Source of the DNA: an uncultured bacterium
Lineage (GTDB): Bacteria; Pseudomonadota; Alphaproteobacteria; Rs-D84
Assembly (NCBI GenBank): GCA_950096895.1
Contig: CATNBF010000003.1
Location: 3,801-67,800, forward strand
DNA length: 64,000 nucleotides
Direction: 5' to 3'
This document shows positions 59,756 through 64,000 of the stretch, in pieces. The notes beneath the pieces are model-generated. The model made no database searches. It was given only the letters and a program-made list of their open reading frames with translations, and was not told the DNA's origin. Both the position numbers and the translations under genes were made by a program. Position 1 is the stretch's first letter, and each line of letters starts with the position of its first letter.

Positions 59756-60169
59756 TTACTTAACCCGTGCGGCTTTGTCCCGCCAAAAATGATTTAGTTT
59801 TTGTTGCACCTGATCACGTTTTTGCTTTGCAATAAAGTACTGGGCATTCTTGGCCGCATGGGGACAATCTGTATTCTTACATGGCGCATCTTCTTTCTCA
59901 AACGCCTGGCATTGACGAATTATTACCGGAATATCATCGCCATCATCCATCCCATAATTTAACATCTTGGATGAATAGACCTTAACAATACATGCCTGGG
60001 GCAAATGTGTGCAATTTTCAAATGATACATCGGCGGTTATATCGCGACGAATAGATAAAAAATCATTATTCGCTATTTTATACGCCCCTTGTAAATCATG
60101 ATACTGCTTGCTAGCCGTGGCAAATTCAGCAGAAGACACCCGAAAAAAATATTTTATTCTATCAAACAT
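59756..60169 (-). CDS. hypothetical protein (137 aa) with CKNTDCPH Cys cluster
   Basis: ORF between lepA and the integrase-like gene. No recognisable family. Confidence 0.35.
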   Translation of the reverse strand: MFDRIKYFFRVSSAEFATASKQYHDLQGAYKIANNDFLSIRRDITADVSFENCTHLPQACIVKVYSSKMLNYGMDDGDDIPVIIRQCQAFEKEDAPCKNTDCPHAAKNAQYFIAKQKRDQVQQKLNHFWRDKAARVK

Positions 60170-60192
60170 AATTCATTCCTATAATTTTTGTT

Positions 60193-61989
60193 CTATGATA
60201 CTTTCAAGGCATTAATAAACGCACTCTGCGGGATTTCAACATTCCCAAATGACCGCAGACGCTTTTTCCCTTCCTTTTGTTTTTCCAGCAGCTTGCGCTT
60301 GCGCGTGATGTCACCACCATAACACTTGGCTGTTACATCCTTGCGATAGGCCGCAATGGTTTCCCGCGCAATAATTTTGCCCCCAATCGCCGCCTGTAAT
60401 GGAATCTTAAACTGGTGCCGCGGGATCAGATCTTTCAGCCGTTCCACAATTTGACGTCCCCGTTTTTCCGCCGCGCTGCGATGGCACATGAATGATAGCG
60501 GTTCGACATTCTCTTCGTTAACAAGAATCGATACCTTGACCAAATCAGATGGTTCGTATCCCTGTAACACATAATCGAATGATGCATACCCCGATGACAG
60601 TGATTTAACCCGATCATAAAAATCAAAGACAATTTCTGCCAATGGTAATTTGTATACCAAAACCGCCCGATTCCCCACATAAGAAATATTTTCTTGGACA
60701 CCGCGCCGTTCTGCACATAATCCCATAATGCCGCCCATGTATTTCTCTGGCATCATAATGGTCGCACGAACCCATGGTTCTTCGATCATTTCAATTCGCG
60801 TCGGATCAGGCATATCGGCCGGATTTTCCAAATCCATAACATCGCCGCCACGTAAATGCAGACGATACAACACGCTGGGGACGGTATTAATCAGATTCAG
60901 CCCAAATTCGCGGGTTAACCGTTCGCTAATAATTTCCATATGCAACAGACCCAAAAATCCACACCGCAACCCAAAGCCCAGTGCACTGGATTTTTCTGTT
61001 GTAAAGACAAACGACGCATCGTTCAAAGCCAATTTTTCTGCGCCTTCGCGAAAGGCGGGGTAATCATCCGCCTCTACTGGAAAGAAAGATGAAAAGACAA
61101 CCGGCACAGACGGCTTAAAACCCGGTAACGCATCGGCCGCCGCCACACGGGCATCGGTAATGGTATCCCCAACCTTACAGTCATGGATTGTCTTCATCCC
61201 GGTAATAATAAATCCAATTTCACCAGTATTTAACGCATCAACATCGACCATTTTTGGTGTAAAGTAACCGATTTTATCCACCGTATATTCGGCACCAGTG
61301 GCCATAAACCGAATTTTCTGACCGCGGGATAATTTTCCATCCACCACGCGTACCAAGATCACAACCCCTAAATAGGAATCATACCAAGAATCCACCAGCA
61401 AGGCCCGCGTTGGCGCATTTTCATCACCACGTGGCCCAGGCAGCTTGGTCACAATTTCTTCCAGTAATTCTGGCACGCCATCCCCGGTCTTGCCCGACAC
61501 ACACAAGGCATTCGATGCATCCAATCCGATCACATCTGCAATTTGTTCACGCGTTGCGACCACATCACTGGACGGCAGATCGATTTTATTCAGCACCGGC
61601 AACATTTCCAAATCATTATCCAATGCCAAATACGCATTCGCCAGTGTCTGGGCCTGGACCCCTTGGGTTGCATCCACCAGCACCAATGCCCCTTCGCATG
61701 AAGCCAATGACCGCGACACTTCGTACGAAAAATCCACATGTCCCGGTGTATCCATCAAGTTTAATTGATATGTTTGGCCGTCACGTGCGGTATAGTTTAA
61801 CCGGACGGTCTGGGCCTTGATCGTAATGCCCCGTTCCCGTTCAATATCCATAGAATCCAGGACTTGGGCCTTCATCTCACGCGATTGCAGACCGCCGGTA
61901 TATTCAATCAAGCGATCTGACAAGGTTGATTTCCCATGATCAATGTGGGCGACAATTGAAAAATTTCGAATATTTTTTTGATTCATCAT
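60193..61989 (-). CDS. lepA: elongation factor 4 (LepA)
   Basis: Start at the [33 protein letters not shown] GTPase N-terminus. Unique LepA C-terminal domain ...[33 protein letters not shown]. Confidence 0.93.
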   Translation of the reverse strand: MMNQKNIRNFSIVAHIDHGKSTLSDRLIEYTGGLQSREMKAQVLDSMDIERERGITIKAQTVRLNYTARDGQTYQLNLMDTPGHVDFSYEVSRSLASCEGALVLVDATQGVQAQTLANAYLALDNDLEMLPVLNKIDLPSSDVVATREQIADVIGLDASNALCVSGKTGDGVPELLEEIVTKLPGPRGDENAPTRALLVDSWYDSYLGVVILVRVVDGKLSRGQKIRFMATGAEYTVDKIGYFTPKMVDVDALNTGEIGFIITGMKTIHDCKVGDTITDARVAAADALPGFKPSVPVVFSSFFPVEADDYPAFREGAEKLALNDASFVFTTEKSSALGFGLRCGFLGLLHMEIISERLTREFGLNLINTVPSVLYRLHLRGGDVMDLENPADMPDPTRIEMIEEPWVRATIMMPEKYMGGIMGLCAERRGVQENISYVGNRAVLVYKLPLAEIVFDFYDRVKSLSSGYASFDYVLQGYEPSDLVKVSILVNEENVEPLSFMCHRSAAEKRGRQIVERLKDLIPRHQFKIPLQAAIGGKIIARETIAAYRKDVTAKCYGGDITRKRKLLEKQKEGKKRLRSFGNVEIPQSAFINALKVS

Positions 61990-62042
61990 GCGGCAATGAT
62001 ACACCAGTATTTCCCCCACCGCAAGGTGATTTTTCAAGGAAA

Positions 62043-62387
62043 TTATAGATTTTCCAATAATTCATCGATTCGTGATGCCCGTTCCAAGGTATCATCATAA
62101 ACGAATCGAATATCAGGAACGTATTTCTGATCAATACGGCGCGCCAATTCAAACCGTACGGTTCGCGTAATATCATCCATCCGCCGTTGAACCCCGGCCA
62201 AATCATCATGACGGGAATAATAAAACAGTTTCACAAACTGTAACCCGCCGTGGGCCACAGATCCAACCAGCGATACCCCCGAAACAATCGGATCATCGCC
62301 ATAATTGTCGCGTAAAATTTCTGCAACCAGTGTTTGCACCTTGGCTGCGATACGTTCGCCACGATTGGATGTCATTTGCTTTTTCAT
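62043..62387 (-). CDS. rbfA: ribosome-binding factor A
   Basis: [17 protein letters not shown]...[19 protein letters not shown] matches the RbfA KH-like family pattern. Confidence 0.75.
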   Translation of the reverse strand: MKKQMTSNRGERIAAKVQTLVAEILRDNYGDDPIVSGVSLVGSVAHGGLQFVKLFYYSRHDDLAGVQRRMDDITRTVRFELARRIDQKYVPDIRFVYDDTLERASRIDELLENL

Positions 62388-62478
62388 ACGTAATCCCTGA
62401 TAAATTATGATTGTAAAATACCAGACATTTCTTTACAATCAAGTAAAATTACGTCAATCTGTGGGGGAATAAATACAA

Positions 62479-63051
62479 ATGAAACTGGTCGATGCAATCT
62501 TAAAAAAATCTGGTCATCCGGCATTTTCGTGGGTGGTCTTTTTCTTAACATTTTGTGAATCTATCTTTCTATTCATTCCCCCCGAAGTGTTTATGACACC
62601 CCCCATTATCGCCGATAAAAAGCGTGCATTGCCAATTACATTGGCGGCATCACTGGGGTCACTGGTGGGGGGGGCGGTCGCCTATGCCATTGGATTGTGG
62701 TTGTTTGATTCTGTGGGCGTGTGGTTGATTCAAAATTTTGCCAGTATGGAAAAATTCGCCCTGGCCCAGGATATGTTTATCCGCCATGGCATTTTGATTA
62801 TATTCATTACCGCGGTCACGCCGGTACCATACAAATTAATGGCCATATGCGCCGGATTTTTGCACTTTCCTGCATTGATTTTCCTGGGCGTATCGGCCAT
62901 ATTTCGAACATTGCGCTTTGCCATTGTTGGATTTTTATTATGGCGATTCCAAGAACATGCCAATGCCATTGTAAAAAAATATTTCTGGCCCTTGACCATG
63001 TTGGCCATCGCGGCCGCAGGTGTCGGAATTATCTTGATGATGATGCTATGA
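62479..63051 (+). CDS. DedA/YqaA-family (SNARE-associated) inner-membrane protein
   Basis: Four or five TM helices with conserved G...G.LLL..F.P motifs (FLFIPPEVFMTPPII). Terminator hairpin TCCACCA-a-TGGTGGATTTTTTTATT follows the stop. Confidence 0.6.
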   Translation: MKLVDAILKKSGHPAFSWVVFFLTFCESIFLFIPPEVFMTPPIIADKKRALPITLAASLGSLVGGAVAYAIGLWLFDSVGVWLIQNFASMEKFALAQDMFIRHGILIIFITAVTPVPYKLMAICAGFLHFPALIFLGVSAIFRTLRFAIVGFLLWRFQEHANAIVKKYFWPLTMLAIAAAGVGIILMMML

Positions 63052-63736
63052 CCAATCCACCAATGGTGGATTTTTTTATTGTAATCTTTGGACTGATGGG
63101 TATACCCGTACCCTTAAACTCTAATTAATGGCCCCGGCTGGGGACACCTGAAAATACCATAATAAATTGATATGTATCATCCATACATGCCAAAATATTA
63201 CACGAAATTATCACCAGATCCAGCCTCCACAACATAACGCATCCCGGGATAAATATTGAGAAAAAAAAAGCCCCAACAAAATATCACCCATAAATGTCGC
63301 ATGAACACATCCCGATCGATGCGATTATGCAATTATCGGAACAAGATATTATATGTACATGTGGAAAAAAACTATAAACGAAAACATCATCCCATGGGAC
63401 GCCCCCGGTAAATATCGAAAATAATTCAAGAAATATAAAAAATTCCTGCGCTAATATTGGGCGGATACAAATTGGCCGATGCCATAACACAACTATGCAA
63501 TCACCGAAACGATGTATTATGTGCATGTCGGATGGGTACGCTGCATAAATTTGACACCCCCACCGTCCCGCCCGTCAATGGGGATAGCCTAAGGACGCCC
63601 GCCCCCCCGCCGGTGCCGATGCAATTTCCGGCGTGTATTTAATGACAAATCCCCCAAAACCATTACCAGATCCGACAGTCCACCCCACACACACAATATG
63701 ACGCGCCCCCCCGGGATAAAGATTGAGAAAAATTCA

Positions 63737-63772
63737 AAAAAATCCCGCCAAACGGCGGAAAATTTCTTATTC
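63737..63772 (-). terminator. terminator (AAAAAAATCCCGCC-aaac-GGCGGAAAATTTCTTATT) 3' of the partial minus-strand gene
   Basis: GC stem with flanking A and T runs just downstream of the stop at 63780-63782. Confidence 0.45.
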
Positions 63773-63779
63773 GACCCAA

Positions 63780-64000
63780 ATCGTGGCATAACTTGTCGTT
63801 GAATCTGCCGATCCAACCGGAATCTTGATATTGCCACGCGTTACGGTTCCCCGGCCCGATACGCCGGTTACAACATATCCAGAACCACTATCGGTAAAGC
63901 CTTTGACCGCACTGTTGTCAACCTGTTGAATTGATGCTTGTAAATCATCAATTTCTGTATTGATTGCTTCGATGCTTTTTTCGTTTTTCGTCGCCAGCTC
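63780..64000 (-). CDS. hypothetical protein, C-terminal fragment (gene continues beyond window end)
   Basis: Open minus-strand frame to the window edge ending ...ELATKNEKSIEAINTEIDDLQASIQQVDNSAVKGFTDSGSGYVVTGVSGRGTVTRGNIKIPVGSADSTTSYATIWVE*. Not in the ORF track because it is truncated. Confidence 0.35.

Overview
Alphaproteobacterial-type chromosomal window (inferred from RpoA similarity to alphaproteobacterial RpoA, the rpsL-rpsG-fusA-tuf-rpsJ linkage, and an L17 with a basic Ala/Lys tail). The minus strand carries a near-complete str/S10/spc/alpha ribosomal-protein superoperon: rpsL, rpsG, fusA, tuf, rpsJ, rplC, rplD, rplW, rplB, rpsS, rplV, rpsC, rplP, rpmC, rpsQ, rplN, rplX, rplE, rpsN, rpsH, rplF, rplR, rpsE, rpmD, rplO, secY, rpsM, rpsK, then rpoA and rplQ. 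Other housekeeping genes are infA, lepA, rbfA, fabF, acpP, mltG, an MsbA-like ABC exporter, an acyl-CoA synthetase and tRNA-Pro(CGG). The main finding is a family of seven large, signal-peptide-bearing, cysteine-rich paralogous genes (645-2174, 2197-3069, 8900-11407, 11437-13638, 15119-17716, 20732-23611, 25128-27047), all on the minus strand. Five of them share a Cys motif close to C-x6-C-[ML]-[DN]-x-F-C, and all seven carry variable Ser/Thr/Ala/Arg low-complexity linkers; conserved C-terminal modules (RNCHVC, GG-x-F-RKK, terminal Met) occur in subsets. Three members are divergently paired with plus-strand genes across homologous intergenic promoter cassettes (TTGACAAATTT -35 facing an extended -10 TGTGATAtAAT). 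The family invades the ribosomal region. A ~10 kb accessory block (two paralogs, a methyltransferase-like gene, a hexapeptide acetyltransferase, a HAD nucleotidase, a 100-bp direct repeat with a 20-bp perfect palindrome) sits between rpsK and rpoA. Two small tandem paralogous ORFs sit between rplO and secY. Also present are eukaryote-like elements (an ankyrin repeat in a 1238-aa surface protein, a GCC2/GCC3-like Cys-repeat ORF) and an integrase-like gene that appears to lack its catalytic tyrosine. Rho-independent terminators of one family (A-tract, TCCCGC-loop-GCGGGA, T-tract) recur throughout, many bidirectional. The ORF track treats GTG/TTG as starts, and several starts were re-chosen from RBS and promoter context.
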